DNA from: Candidatus Moanibacter sp.
Lineage (GTDB): Bacteria; Verrucomicrobiota; Verrucomicrobiia; Opitutales; UBA2987
Direction: 5' to 3'
NCBI GenBank assembly: GCA_965215885.1
Contig: CBDCEW010000105.1
Location: forward strand, 1-64,000
DNA length: 64,000 nt
The notes under the pieces were generated by a model. It made no database searches and was not told the origin of the DNA. It was given only the letters and a program-made list of their open reading frames with translations. Numbering within the stretch: position 1 is the stretch's first letter; every line of letters begins with the position of its first letter. The position numbers and the translations under genes are program-made. This document shows, in pieces, positions 52,122-63,433 of the stretch.

Positions 52122-53233
52122 CGAACACGGAAGCGCTCGATAGCTTCTTCATCTACATCGATGCCGATACCCGGCCGGTCGGGAATGAGGAATTCACCAT
52201 CCTCGATGTCGTAGAGGGTATCCTGCTTCACGAGGGCCAGGCAGTGCTCCCACTGCTCCCAGGGCAATAAGGGCGGACGAACCAGCGCTACCTCCTGGAT
52301 CCAGCAGTTGGGCAGGGTACCTTCGAGCTGAAGGCGGGACGCCAGGGACAACTGGTGCGTCCCGTGAAGCACGCAATCGATCCCGTAGCCCTCGGCCATG
52401 GCGGCGATCTTCCTCGTCGTGAGAAGACCGCCTCAGTTGGCGGGCTCCGGTTGGAGGATATCGTAGGAGCCGTGCTTCAGGTACTTGGCGAACATGCTCA
52501 GCCCCCGGTCGCCTTCGCCGCCGGTGATGGGGATATCCACGGTGGCGCGCAAGCGGGCGTGGTCGAACACGTCGCCCCGGTTTAACGGCTCCTCCAGCCA
52601 GGTCACTTCGAGATCCTCATAGCGCCTCGCCATGATGATCGCTTCGTCCATCGTCCAGACGGTTCCGGAAGAGTTGCCAGTCCGGTCGATCATGATCTGG
52701 AACCGGTCACGCCCACCCACCGCGTCGCGGATTACGTCGACGGCATTGGCGTCCGCTTGAATGGGGCGGCGGAAAGAACGAATCTTGGCCGCCTTGAAAC
52801 CGTGGTCTTGGTAGCGCTTCAGGTCTTCAGCCTGTTGCTCGTATGAGACCTCGGATTGATCGGCCTTTCCGGGCCAGACACAGGTAAGGTAGCAGGGGAT
52901 GCGGTCCCTTACGCGGCCGAAGAGCTTCTTGATGGGCAAGCCCGCCGCCTTGCCTACGATGTCCCAAAGCGCGGTTTCAACCGCCGGACAGCGGACCAGA
53001 CCCTCCTGGAGGAAGCGCTCGATGTCGTGGGGGTCCTCGCCGATCACAATCCGGCGCGCTGATTCCTTCATCCGTTCCAGGGCGCGTGAGCCCGTGGCAA
53101 GAAACTCATAACCGCTGATTCCTTCATCCGTGGTGACCCGAGTCGCCGAAATTTCCGGCCTGGTTCCGCAATTCGCCGCTTTTTCGCTGACCGGGACGCG
53201 GCAGGTGATGCTCTCGATATTGGTGACTTTCAT
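52118..53233 (-). pseudogene. Mandelate racemase/muconate lactonizing enolase-family gene with an in-frame TGA (52433-52435); pseudogene or recoded
   Basis: ETALWDIVGK, KAAKIR, WLEEP, ITGGE, QPEPAN*GGLLTTRKIAAMAE, PGIGID all in one frame. Confidence 0.78.
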
Positions 53234-53375
53234 GTTCCTGCTATGATCATCCTGAGGCAGCCTCCGACCGCAATGAAAACTGGAAGGCAGTAAAAAAAAG
53301 ATGAAACCGCGGATTACGCTGATTGCGCGGATGGCCTGGCGCAGCCAAGCCGCAACCAAAAATGAAGAAGAGAAC

Positions 53376-54025
53376 CGGTCTGCCGTACGGCAGACCACGC
53401 AGATGGACGCGCAAGGAATTCAAAAGGAAACTCCTACTTCCCTTGGATAACCTCGTCGCGTACCTTGTCCCGAACCTTGCCTGCCCCGGCAAAGCGAAGC
53501 GACGACGGGTCGACTGCAATTTATGGGCGAGGCCCAGGTGAGTACCCTTCCCGCCCTCAACGTGGCAGCCTACTCGATGTTGTGGCTGGCCTCCTACCAA
53601 TCCGATCCCAAGCGCCATCAACAAGGCATCTTCGAGCCGGCCAAGTGGCGCACCGATAAACGTTCCATGCAGGGCCCAACCACATCAGACTTACTGCAGC
53701 AACTCAGATACGAGACTTGGGCGGGCAGTCTGCGACCATCGAGTTTCTCCCACTTCGTTGATCCTAAAAGTGGTACCCACAAGTCGGAGAAACTCAGCCC
53801 CCATCTTGCCAGCTCCCTCTTTCAAGCCGCTTAAGAATTAACTCGTAGTTTCTACGTGACTCGAAACGGGCCAAACTCCAGCGGTCTGCCGTACGGCAGA
53901 CCACGCAGATGGACGCGAATTCAAAAGGAAACTCCTACTTCCCTTGGATAACCTCGTCGCGTACCTTGTCCCGAACCTTGCCTGCCCCGGCAAAGCGAAG
54001 CGACGACGGGTCGACTGCAATTTAT
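53376..54025. repeat. About 145-bp direct repeats (53376-53524, 53882-54025) enclosing a transposase 3' fragment
   Basis: Near-identical copies differing by a 5-bp indel. Confidence 0.85.
53525..53881 (+). mobile_element. Truncated IS 3' end (IS701-like, tentative)
   Basis: GEAQV...AAYSML...KWR...TTSDLLQQLR resembles a transposase C-terminus; ends in gccaaactccag. Confidence 0.45.
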
Positions 54026-54326
54026 TGAGTACCAACCTCTTCTACGCAAAAACCTGCTAAAGTAACAAGGTTCTGGCGGATTGTAATACAGAGAAGCATC
54101 CCGGCTTGCCGGGACACAGAGAGATGACGGCGACTTCGCATTAACCGTTGCATCGATACCAATAGCTCATAAAAGTGTGATATTGCCTGAAGGGTAGGAA
54201 GTTGGGAAGAGTCGACTCTTCCCAACTTTCTATATCTCCAAATTGCATTCTCGGTGGTGCTCTGTGCTTCTCTGTGGCGCTCTTGGAGAATGTGGATGTT
54301 CAAGATAGAACAATCAGGAAATATAG

Positions 54327-55310
54327 ATGACAAAAGAAATTAAATGGGGCATCCTTGCTCCGGGAAATATCGCCCATCGGTTTGCCAGAGGTTTGAGCGT
54401 TATTCCCGACGCCGAACTGATCGCGTTGGGGTCGCGCTCCAAGGAGCGAGCAGACGCGTTCGCCGATGAATTCGACGTCCCGCGCCGTTACGGCAGCTAC
54501 GAAGACCTGGTGAGCGACCCCGATGTGGATGCCATCTACGTCGCAACGCTTAACACCTTTCACAAGGATTGCGTTAATCTCTGCCTGCGAGCGGGAAAAG
54601 CCGTACTCTGCGAAAAGCCTTTCGCCATTAACGCCTCAGAGGCGAGGGCGATGATCGCCTGTGCAAAGGAGTGCAACCAGTTCCTTATGGAAGCCATGTG
54701 GACGCGTTTTCTCCCCGTCATGGTGAAGGTGCGGGAGTTGCTGGCTGATGGGGCTATCGGCGAACCGCGGATGTTGACGGCTGACTTCGGTTATCGCAAA
54801 GAGGTGAATCCGGAGAGCAGAATATTCAATCCGGATTTGGGCGGCGGTGGACTCCTGGACGTGGGAATTTACACGATAGCGATGGCCTTCATGGTGTTCG
54901 GCGGGGCGCCGTCCAAAATAACCAGCCTGGCCAATATCGATGAATCCGATGTGGATGAACAGGTGGCCATGCTGCTCGGTTACGATACGGGACAGATGGC
55001 CCTGCTTTCATGCGCAACCAGAACCAGAACGACGCACGAAGCGCGCATCATGGGAACCGACGGCTCCATATTCATCCCCAGTTTCTGGCAGGCGACCTCC
55101 GCGACGCTTCACGCTGCTGGGAAGGAGGCCGAGCAAATTGAAATGCCCTTCGAAGGCGGTGGATTTGAATACCAGGCCATGGAGGTCATGCGCTGCTTGC
55201 GTGAAGGCAAGCTGGAAAGCGATGTTCTGCCGCTATCGGAATCACTATCTATGATGGAAACCTTGGATTCGCTGCGAGCCCAATGGGGGTTGAAGTACCC
55301 CATGGAATAA
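54327..55310 (+). CDS. Gfo/Idh/MocA oxidoreductase
   Basis: WGILAPGNIA, VLCEKP, MEAMWTRF, GGGLLDVGIY. Confidence 0.93.
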   Translation: MTKEIKWGILAPGNIAHRFARGLSVIPDAELIALGSRSKERADAFADEFDVPRRYGSYEDLVSDPDVDAIYVATLNTFHKDCVNLCLRAGKAVLCEKPFAINASEARAMIACAKECNQFLMEAMWTRFLPVMVKVRELLADGAIGEPRMLTADFGYRKEVNPESRIFNPDLGGGGLLDVGIYTIAMAFMVFGGAPSKITSLANIDESDVDEQVAMLLGYDTGQMALLSCATRTRTTHEARIMGTDGSIFIPSFWQATSATLHAAGKEAEQIEMPFEGGGFEYQAMEVMRCLREGKLESDVLPLSESLSMMETLDSLRAQWGLKYPME

Positions 55311-55332
55311 CCTAAAAGTCTGAGGCAGAAAA

Positions 55333-56196
55333 ATGGAAAAACAAGAAAGCCTGAAGCGTCTCCTGGCAGAAACGGCTCCCGTATTTCGTTTCGATACACC
55401 TTCCGAAGAAGACATCTCGAACTTTCACCGGGATGGATTTATCGCTTATCCGGACGTCTTTACCGATGAGGCCCGGGCGGGATTGACCGATGAAATCCTG
55501 AACCTCGATCCCGTCCGCATATTTCTCGATCGGTTGCGTAAAGATCCGGCGAGTCTGGATGCGCCCCACTACTTTGTGAGACCCTGGAATGAGCGAGGCT
55601 ATTGGTCAGACCGGCTAATTGACGCGCCCCTGGTCACCGCACTGTTAAGAAGAACCATCGGTTCTGAGTATCATTTCTGCCACTCGGCGCTGAAGCTGAC
55701 GGGCCGCGGTTCGGCTCCGGTCGGCCCGCACCAGGACCATCACCACTGGCGTCACGAAAAACCCGTCAACCTGGCGGAGAGGGACAAGTACTACATTCAA
55801 ATTCTCTATTATCCCAATGGGTTCAACGAAGGAGACAACCACCTGTTTGTCATTCCAGGCAGCCACCGTGTCGCGCCGCTTAAAGAAGCCACCCCCGACC
55901 GGCTCCTGTCGGGAGCCTACGATGAAGAAGCAGGGTGCGAACTGCAGGAAAAACATCTGGAAATGCCACCGGGAAGCATGGTCTACATCAACGCAAGGAT
56001 GTTTCACGGGGTGGGCGCCAAGCCACCGGATTCACTCCAGGAATATCGCATCTTTAATATCGACATTTTCAAAGAAGCAGGACCTCCGCACCGCTATACA
56101 CAGGAGATCCCGTCCGAATGGCTCGCTTCTGCGACACCGGGCCGGATAAAAATGTTTGCAAGAGATCCCTACACGCCGGATTGCTGGACATCGTAA
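55333..56196 (+). CDS. Phytanoyl-CoA dioxygenase (PhyH) family protein
   Basis: FHRDGF, HQD, VIPGSH, FHG. Confidence 0.82.
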   Translation: MEKQESLKRLLAETAPVFRFDTPSEEDISNFHRDGFIAYPDVFTDEARAGLTDEILNLDPVRIFLDRLRKDPASLDAPHYFVRPWNERGYWSDRLIDAPLVTALLRRTIGSEYHFCHSALKLTGRGSAPVGPHQDHHHWRHEKPVNLAERDKYYIQILYYPNGFNEGDNHLFVIPGSHRVAPLKEATPDRLLSGAYDEEAGCELQEKHLEMPPGSMVYINARMFHGVGAKPPDSLQEYRIFNIDIFKEAGPPHRYTQEIPSEWLASATPGRIKMFARDPYTPDCWTS

Positions 56197-56323
56197 AGCC
56201 GCGAAGCGATGACAGGGAAATGATTTTCCAACAACGTTCTGACCGCGTCGAAAAACCTGAAACGGTCCGGACGGGAATCGTCGGTGCGCGAAATCAAAGT
56301 GGCTTCTCACGGAGGGACTACTC

Positions 56324-57061
56324 ATGCCAAATCAAGGCCAGCCCCGGCTCACTCGTCTTCAACATCTGAACAGATTCGGTTACTATACTGATGCGAACAT
56401 CTTCTCAGAAGATCATCTGGGACGATTACGCGAAGCGATGGACCGGTTGGAGAAGGAGGGTGAGGCGGAATATCGAAAGCCCCATCAGGATTACTATCCC
56501 AACGTCATCGAGGTCGACGATGCGTTTGCCGAGATTCTTGACAATGAAACCGTGCTGAACGGGATGCTCGATGTCATCGGGCCCGATCTACAGCTGTATG
56601 CCAATGAGGTTCTGGTCTCGAAGCCAACGGGCGCGGCCCAACCCTGGCACCGGGATAAGATGAGTATCGGCCGGCATTGCCCCAACATGTTCATGAAGGT
56701 CTGTATCTACATTGATGAGGTGCCAATCGATGGAGGTCCCACGGGTGTGGTGCCTGAGAGTCATCTGGATGCATACAAAGGTCCGGAATTCTTCCCACAC
56801 AAAATAGACTTTCTGGCCAAGCCCGGCTCCCTGCTGGCATTCGGTGCAAACACGATGCATCGGGCCGGGCTGCACGCCGTGGATCGCCCGAACCGACCGG
56901 CCATATTCTTTGTCTTCGTCCCGTGGTGGATCAAACAGGCGACATACTACACCGGTAACCAGTGCCAACGCCTGATCGATAGCGCCGATCCCATGCGATT
57001 ACAGCTCCTCGGAATCAAACTGCGCGACAGCATAAACATGGATCTCTTCGATTCTGATTGA
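56324..57061 (+). CDS. Phytanoyl-CoA dioxygenase (PhyH) family protein
   Basis: WHRD, GPTGVVPESH, MHRAG; GGAGG RBS. Confidence 0.85.
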   Translation: MPNQGQPRLTRLQHLNRFGYYTDANIFSEDHLGRLREAMDRLEKEGEAEYRKPHQDYYPNVIEVDDAFAEILDNETVLNGMLDVIGPDLQLYANEVLVSKPTGAAQPWHRDKMSIGRHCPNMFMKVCIYIDEVPIDGGPTGVVPESHLDAYKGPEFFPHKIDFLAKPGSLLAFGANTMHRAGLHAVDRPNRPAIFFVFVPWWIKQATYYTGNQCQRLIDSADPMRLQLLGIKLRDSINMDLFDSD

Positions 57062-57429
57062 TACGCGGATGAGAGGGTCGCGGCATGACTTTAGCCTGTC
57101 GGACTTAGAATGGAAAGATGAGAACGTCGGCGCAACCAGCCGCCAAAACATGCGAACCCTGTCATTGCGAGGAAGAATTACGAAGCAATCCAGGTTTTTG
57201 CACCTTCACAACCGTGGATTGCCACGCTGCGCTCGCTTCTCGAATCCGTGGAGTTACTATTGATCTCTTATTTCTCTTCGTTTTCTCTGTTGCCTTCTGT
57301 TAAATCTCTTCTCGACGGAAGCAAGTACCAATTTGGTTGCGGCTATGCTGCGCTAGGCTTCTCTGTGGCTCTGCCGTACAGCAGAGTGTCCCTCTTCTCT
57401 CTCAACGAGTTCTAATTTACCGGGCACCA

Positions 57430-58371
57430 ATGATTGACCTGCACGACCGATTAATTCCGCTGGGGCGTATCCTGAATCTGAAGCGGGATGGCTGGACCGT
57501 CTGGGACTGTTCACCGATCTACGGAGAGGACGGGCGCGTCCATGTCTTCGCGACGCGTTGGCCGGACAGTGACCAACCGGACAGAACCTGGTTCCTCGGT
57601 GGGAGCCAGATCTTTCATGCGGTGGCAGCGGTGCCGGAAGGGCCCTATGAGGTAGCGAACGTCGTCATCTCGTGCGATGGAGGCGACGCACACTGGAACT
57701 CGTCCGGGGTCATCAATCCCAAAATCTATCGTATCGCAGACCGATATTGTCTGATCTACGCGGGTTGTACGGCACAGCGCATGGACACTCAGGCGGTCGG
57801 CATGATGACTGCACCCTCCCTCGACGGGCCCTGGACGCAGGTGAGCGACCGCGCGCCGATAGTTGACCAACCCGGTATCTGCAACAACCCTGCTTTGCTC
57901 CTGCACCCGAATGGGCAATTTTGGATCTACTACAAAAGCGGTTTCAAAGGCGTCCCAGGTATGAATTTCGGACTGGCCATCGCCGACCGCCTCGAAGGTC
58001 CCTACCGCAAACACACCTCCAACCCATTAATCGATCCGGAGTTGGTCAAAAAGCATCGCAAACTCGAAGACCCATCTGTCTGGCACGACGAAGAGGGATT
58101 CTGGCTGCTTTGCAACAAAGTCGGGACCGGGGACGGACCTGCAGGATTACTTTTTCACTCAGCGGATGGAGTGGTTTGGAAACCACCTGTTGCGGGCTAC
58201 CCAAACCCGGCGGATTTTCGCGGCTACCGGCAACGCCTTGAAGAGCCTAACCTGTTGTTTCGAGACGGCAAACCGACCCATCTGTTCAACATCATGGGCG
58301 CCTGTCCGGAGGATCCAGTTTACAGCGGGTTTGTTTTCGCCATCGAACAACAGAATACAGGACATTCATAA
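57430..58371 (+). CDS. Five-bladed beta-propeller glycoside hydrolase (GH43/GH117-like)
   Basis: WDCSP, HAVA..PEGPY, NNPA, LEDPSVW, RLEEP. Confidence 0.72.
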   Translation: MIDLHDRLIPLGRILNLKRDGWTVWDCSPIYGEDGRVHVFATRWPDSDQPDRTWFLGGSQIFHAVAAVPEGPYEVANVVISCDGGDAHWNSSGVINPKIYRIADRYCLIYAGCTAQRMDTQAVGMMTAPSLDGPWTQVSDRAPIVDQPGICNNPALLLHPNGQFWIYYKSGFKGVPGMNFGLAIADRLEGPYRKHTSNPLIDPELVKKHRKLEDPSVWHDEEGFWLLCNKVGTGDGPAGLLFHSADGVVWKPPVAGYPNPADFRGYRQRLEEPNLLFRDGKPTHLFNIMGACPEDPVYSGFVFAIEQQNTGHS

Positions 58372-58428
58372 TCGAGCCGGGATCCTTCGCTTCTTCTCAA
58401 TTGCAGGGACACACAGACGCCTTCACTA

Positions 58429-58610
58429 CTAGCCCGGACGTTTCACAAACCTTCTACTGCGACGACGGATCTCACCGCGTGTCAATGCCTTACCTTGCCC
58501 GGCGACCTCAGAGGGTTTCAACACACTGTCGCCCGCCGTGCTTCGAAAAGGCATTGACCCGCAACGATCTACGCCGTCTCGCTACGAAGTGTGTGAAACA
58601 TCCGGACTAA
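58429..58610. repeat. 182-bp MITE-like element, inverted homolog of 4088-4269
   Basis: Colinear with the reverse complement of 4088-4269; CTAG/CTAA ends. Confidence 0.8.
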
Positions 58611-58659
58611 GCAGGAAAAATGACTTGCCAATCCCCACATTTACCGTAAATATGGGGAT

Positions 58660-59820
58660 GTGTACTGCAGAAAATTTGACCCTCCTCATACTGCGTATTT
58701 CCTGTTCGGCCCGCGGGGAACAGGCAAGAGCACCTGGGTCCGCAGTCATTATCCGAATGCTCATTGCATCGACCTGTTACCCACAAGCGCGGCGCTCAGT
58801 TATCAGCGAAATCCGGACCAAATCATCCAGGAGACGCTTGCCCTGAAGAAAGACCGATGGGTGGTAATTGACGAGATACAGCGGGTTCCGGAGATCCTTG
58901 ATGATGTTCACGCGTTGATAGAAAACCATGGGTACAAGCGATTTGTATTGACCGGGTCATCGGCCAGGAAGCTTAAGCGCGGAGCGTCAAATCTGCTTGC
59001 CGGGCGAGCGGTTACACGGCGGCTCTATCCCCTGAATGGGGTCGAAGTTGATTTTTCAATACCTCCGGATGAAACCATGCAGTTTGGCAACTTGCCCGGC
59101 AGGATCAACCTTGAGGGACAGGAACAGTACGAAGACTTTTTGACCGCATACGTCGATAACTACATTGCGGAAGAGATAAAAAGCGAAGGCCTGGTGCGGA
59201 ACATCGGCAGCTTTGCCCGTTTTCTCGACGTGGCGGCGCTGGCCGCGGGGACGCAAATCAATATGACCGGATTGGCCCGCGATTCTGGAATTAGCCGGGA
59301 CACGGTGCGAGGGTATTTTTCGGTTTTCGAGGACACGCTGTTGGGTTCGTGGCTTCAGGCCTACCGCCCGAGGGCAAAAGTAAAAGAAGCGGTCAGCCCG
59401 AAATTCTACTGGTTCGATTCGGGCGTTCTCAACGCAGCGGCCGGCGCGTTCCGGCAGCCCATGCCTGGAGATTGGCAAGGTGCACTGTTTGAACATTGGG
59501 TCCATCACGAGATCAGGTCTTATCTCGATTATTCGCGCTCCCGAGGTAGTTTGGGATTTTGGCGCACCCCAAGCGGCACCGAGATTGACTTTGTGTGGTG
59601 GTACGGCGATGAAATCGTGCCGATCGAAGTAAAAGCATCAAAGGAAGTCCGCTCGTCTGTCTTAAAAAGCATCCGCTCATTGTCGGAACAGAAATCGATA
59701 AGGGCCAGCTACGTCGTCTACCTGGGCGAGAAGGAGCTGCGCTTTGGAGACACCTGGGCCCTCCCAGCGATAAGCTTTCTGAAGAAACTGCATACCGGCG
59801 AAATCCTTGGAAGAGCCTGA
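58660..59820 (+). CDS. AAA_14 ATPase with DUF4143 domain
   Basis: GPRGTGKST, IDEIQ, TGSSARKL, LLAGRA, PKFYWFDSG, EIDF...IEVK. Confidence 0.92.
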   Translation: MYCRKFDPPHTAYFLFGPRGTGKSTWVRSHYPNAHCIDLLPTSAALSYQRNPDQIIQETLALKKDRWVVIDEIQRVPEILDDVHALIENHGYKRFVLTGSSARKLKRGASNLLAGRAVTRRLYPLNGVEVDFSIPPDETMQFGNLPGRINLEGQEQYEDFLTAYVDNYIAEEIKSEGLVRNIGSFARFLDVAALAAGTQINMTGLARDSGISRDTVRGYFSVFEDTLLGSWLQAYRPRAKVKEAVSPKFYWFDSGVLNAAAGAFRQPMPGDWQGALFEHWVHHEIRSYLDYSRSRGSLGFWRTPSGTEIDFVWWYGDEIVPIEVKASKEVRSSVLKSIRSLSEQKSIRASYVVYLGEKELRFGDTWALPAISFLKKLHTGEILGRA

Positions 59821-59868
59821 CATGGCGGCGCCGTCCGGCAATTGCGGTCCCGCGCCCGGTTCGCCCCA

Positions 59869-61296
59869 TCAGCGAGACTTCCGAGGCGGAGACGCCGCAT
59901 TGTACAGCGCCCCTCTGCGGCCGCGATTCGCGGCTCCACGGTAGCGCCTTCCGCCGCGGAACGGGGGTGAGTTTCCCCGGGAGTGTCCGCCATGCGTCCT
60001 TCCGCCACCGCGCATGGACGGTTTCCGAGGGGGCTGGCGGGAGTGAAAGGCCTCATCGCAATGGTATTCGTGTTCCAAATCGGTGGGGACCGGCTCGCCA
60101 AGGAGGCGCTCGATGTCCCGCAGGTTAGCCCGTTCGCCCGCGCTGCAGAAGGAGATGGCGTCTCCTTTTTCCCCCGCCCGTGCGGTGCGCCCGATGCGGT
60201 GCACGTAGGTTTCTGCTTCCAGGGGCAGGTCGTAGTTGATCACATGTGTGATATCATCCACATCCAGTCCGCGTGCTGCGACATCAGTCGCCACGAGCAC
60301 CCGGAAACGGCCGCGTTTGAATCCATCCAGCGCCCGCGTGCGGGCGGCTTGGCTCTTGTTCCCGTGGATGGCGGTGCCGTGGATGCCGGCCGCGTGCAAT
60401 TTCTTCGCCACCCGGTTTGCGGCATGTTTCATCTGCGTGAAAATAAGGGCCTTACTGATCCGCTTGTCGCTCAAGAGCGAGACCAGCAGATCATCTTTGG
60501 ATTTTTTCCCTACAAAAAGAACTTTTTGAGCGATCAGTTCTACCGCCGGTTGGTCGGGTGAAATCGTAATCTGCACCGGATTGAGGACCATGGATTTGGC
60601 CAGCGCTACCATCTTCGGAGGAATGGTGGCGGAAAAGAACAACGTTTGACGTTCCTCCGGCACCTTGGACAGCACCTTCTTGATATCCGGAATGAATCCC
60701 ATATCGAGCATTCGGTCTACCTCGTCGAGGATGAAAACATCCACTTCTTCCAAGTGGACGTGTCCCTGCTCCATGAGATCGAGTAATCGGCCGGGTGTGG
60801 CCACGAGGATGTCGACCCCGCGGTTGAGGGCCTTGACTTGGGCGTGCTGGCCGACCCCTCCGTGCACCAGGGTATGGCTCACACGTACGAAACGGCCATA
60901 GGTGCGGATGCTGGCGCCAATCTGTGCCGCCAGTTCTCGCGTGGGAGCAAGTATTAGAGCCCTCGGCGCTGACCGCCGGGGTCGGCGGGTTTCTTCGGAA
61001 AGTCGCTGCAACAGAGGTAGGGTAAAAGCCGCTGTCTTTCCTGTCCCTGTCTGGGCCGTTCCCATCACGTCCCGACCATTCAGCACGTGCGGAATACATT
61101 CCTCCTGAATGGGTGTCGGGGTATCGTACCCTTCACCCGCGACTGCCCGTTGGATATCCGGGATCAACGCACTGAACGCGCCCTGAGATACCGGATGTTG
61201 ACCTCTACGAACGCCACGGGCATTACACTCCCGAACGTTCCTCGAGTTTATATATGTTCTCATCTTCATTATTTTCCTGGTCCGGGGTTTGCACAT
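59869..61296 (-). CDS. DEAD-box RNA helicase (RhlE-like; start uncertain)
   Basis: PTPIQ, AQTGTGKT, PTRELA, DEVD, SAT, ARGLD, HRIGRTAR. Confidence 0.93.
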   Translation of the reverse strand: MCKPRTRKIMKMRTYINSRNVRECNARGVRRGQHPVSQGAFSALIPDIQRAVAGEGYDTPTPIQEECIPHVLNGRDVMGTAQTGTGKTAAFTLPLLQRLSEETRRPRRSAPRALILAPTRELAAQIGASIRTYGRFVRVSHTLVHGGVGQHAQVKALNRGVDILVATPGRLLDLMEQGHVHLEEVDVFILDEVDRMLDMGFIPDIKKVLSKVPEERQTLFFSATIPPKMVALAKSMVLNPVQITISPDQPAVELIAQKVLFVGKKSKDDLLVSLLSDKRISKALIFTQMKHAANRVAKKLHAAGIHGTAIHGNKSQAARTRALDGFKRGRFRVLVATDVAARGLDVDDITHVINYDLPLEAETYVHRIGRTARAGEKGDAISFCSAGERANLRDIERLLGEPVPTDLEHEYHCDEAFHSRQPPRKPSMRGGGRTHGGHSRGNSPPFRGGRRYRGAANRGRRGALYNAASPPRKSR

Positions 61297-61528
61297 CTCT
61301 ACCCGCCGGACACGTGGAAAAGAAAGCGCCGCGATTCTCGCGACTAAATGTTGCCCCGGGTAAAACAGCCGGGATGCGCAACTTGAACAGCTATTATAGT
61401 ATTATAAAACCTCTTATGCGGTGGGGGCACACGCCCATATCGCCGATGCTGGAGAGCATGTTCGGGGCGGAGGACATAGCGAACCGAACCGAATAGCAAG
61501 CACAATTATTATCTCGCTCTTTGCCTTG

Positions 61529-63423
61529 AAGGGTAAAAGGATTCTGAGACGCAACTAGCTGATAAGCAAAAAGATAAAAAAAGAGCTAGACAATCCCGAA
61601 GAAATCAGTCATGTTAAGATGGTATGAAAGACAAAAAATCTTACCAGCTGAATCCTTCGATCGATCGTCTAACTCTGCGCCTGATCTTGCCCGAAGAGCA
61701 GGAGCGTTTCAATGATCTATTGAAGCAACATCATTATTTACACAGTGCGGGCAGCGCGGGAGAGACCCTGCGCTATGTGGCACAGATCGACGGGCAATGG
61801 GTGGGCCTGCTTTTGTGGGGGGCGGCCTCCTACCGACTGAAGGATCGAGACGAATGGATCGGGTGGGACGGGGCGCAACGGCATGGCCGATTAAAACTGG
61901 TGGTACAGAACCGGCGTTTTCTAATTCTGCCCGGGGTGGCTCTTGCAAATTTGGCCTCCAAGACGTTGGGCATGTGCCTGAGAGTCTTAGCCGATGACTG
62001 GCGACAAGCCTTTGGCTATCGCCCCTTGGTAGCGGAAACATTCGTCGATCCACAGATCCACCGGGGCACTTGCTACAATGCGAGCGGGTGGACCCCTTTG
62101 GGCTTGAGCGCGGGATATGGTCGCCACCGCGAGGATTTTTATCAACGCCATGAGCGCCCCAAGCAGATCTGGGTCAAACCCCTCCAGGCCAATGCCCTTG
62201 AGCTGTTGCGCGCTAAAGGACCGTTGCCCGCGGCACAGAGCGAGGCGTTCAATGAAAACGATAACTCCCATGCGGTCTGCTTAAAAGTGGACCAGATGAC
62301 AAGCCTGTGGGAACGTTTCAATCAGATAGAAGACTTCCGTAGGAAGGCGGGCCGTCGCTATCGGCTCGCCACGGTCTTGAGCATGATTGTGCTCGGCACC
62401 ATGTGCGGCAAACAAAACCTCAAGGGTATTGTGCGTTTGGCCCATCATCTTAATCAAGCCCAACTGCGCGCCTTACGCTCCTGGAAAAACCCCAAAACAG
62501 GCCGTTTTCAGGCCCCTTGCTATGATGTCTTCTACCGGGTGCTCCAAAACGTAAAGGCCGAGCTTTTCGATAAAACCCTCACCGAATTCATCTGCTTGCA
62601 AGATGGCCGTTTGCCCCGCGATATTGCCGTCGACGGCAAGACCCTCAAAGGCACCAACACCGAAGAATCAAAGGCCCTGCACCTGGTGGCCGCAGTCGAT
62701 CACCAAAGCGCTCAAACCTTAGCCCAAGTGGCTACCGCCGATAAATCCAACGAGATCACCGCCGCCCAGACTCTCTTGCAAAAGATGCCCGTGATGAACG
62801 GCTCCACTTTCACCTTCGACGCCCTGCATAATCAAAAAGAAACCGCCCACATCGTCGTCGAAGAACTCAGCGCTGACTCTGTTATCCAAATCAAAGACAA
62901 TCAGCCCACGATGCATCAATACGCTCAGAATCTCTTCAGCTCCACCCACTTTTTCTGCACCAAACTGTGGACAATGACCATGGGCGGCTCGAAATTCGTG
63001 ACATTGCAACCCATTCTCTAAGCGCTCCCTCCGCCGGCTTGCCTCATGCCCGTCAGTTCGCCCGTGTGCAACGCACCTTCCATTATCCACACAAAGCGGA
63101 GCCTTCCTCTGAACACTCTTTACTATGTAAGCAGCCACGATCCCGCCGCTTTGAGCCCTCAACAGTTCCTCTCAAAAATCCGCAACCATTGGTCGATCGA
63201 AAATAAAAATCATTATCCCAGGGATCGCTTCTTCGATGAAGATCGATGTATGATCCGTAACCATAACGCAGCCAGAATCCTCGCTGCATGCAGACAACGG
63301 GTTCTCAGCCTTAAGTCTTCCTTGGGCGCTGAATCCACTCCTGAACTCTGTGATGATTTCGTCTTTAACCAACATAAGGCCATCAATATCATCACTTAAT
63401 GATCCGAGAATCAAAACACCGTG
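61529..63423 (+). mobile_element. DUF4338-ISAs1 element copy B (ORF1 61624..63021; extra frameshift near 63120)
   Basis: Diverged homolog of copy A with the same ends; no matching TSD. Confidence 0.9.
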
Positions 63424-63433
63424 CCTCTACACA

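Noticed and set aside
735..52435. Alternative genetic code explaining the internal stops
   Set aside because: Internal stops are of all three types, and intact genes terminate with TAA, TAG and TGA.
61290..61400. Riboswitch or structured leader of the DEAD-box helicase
   Set aside because: Some GC-rich stems but no recognisable consensus; needs an Rfam search.
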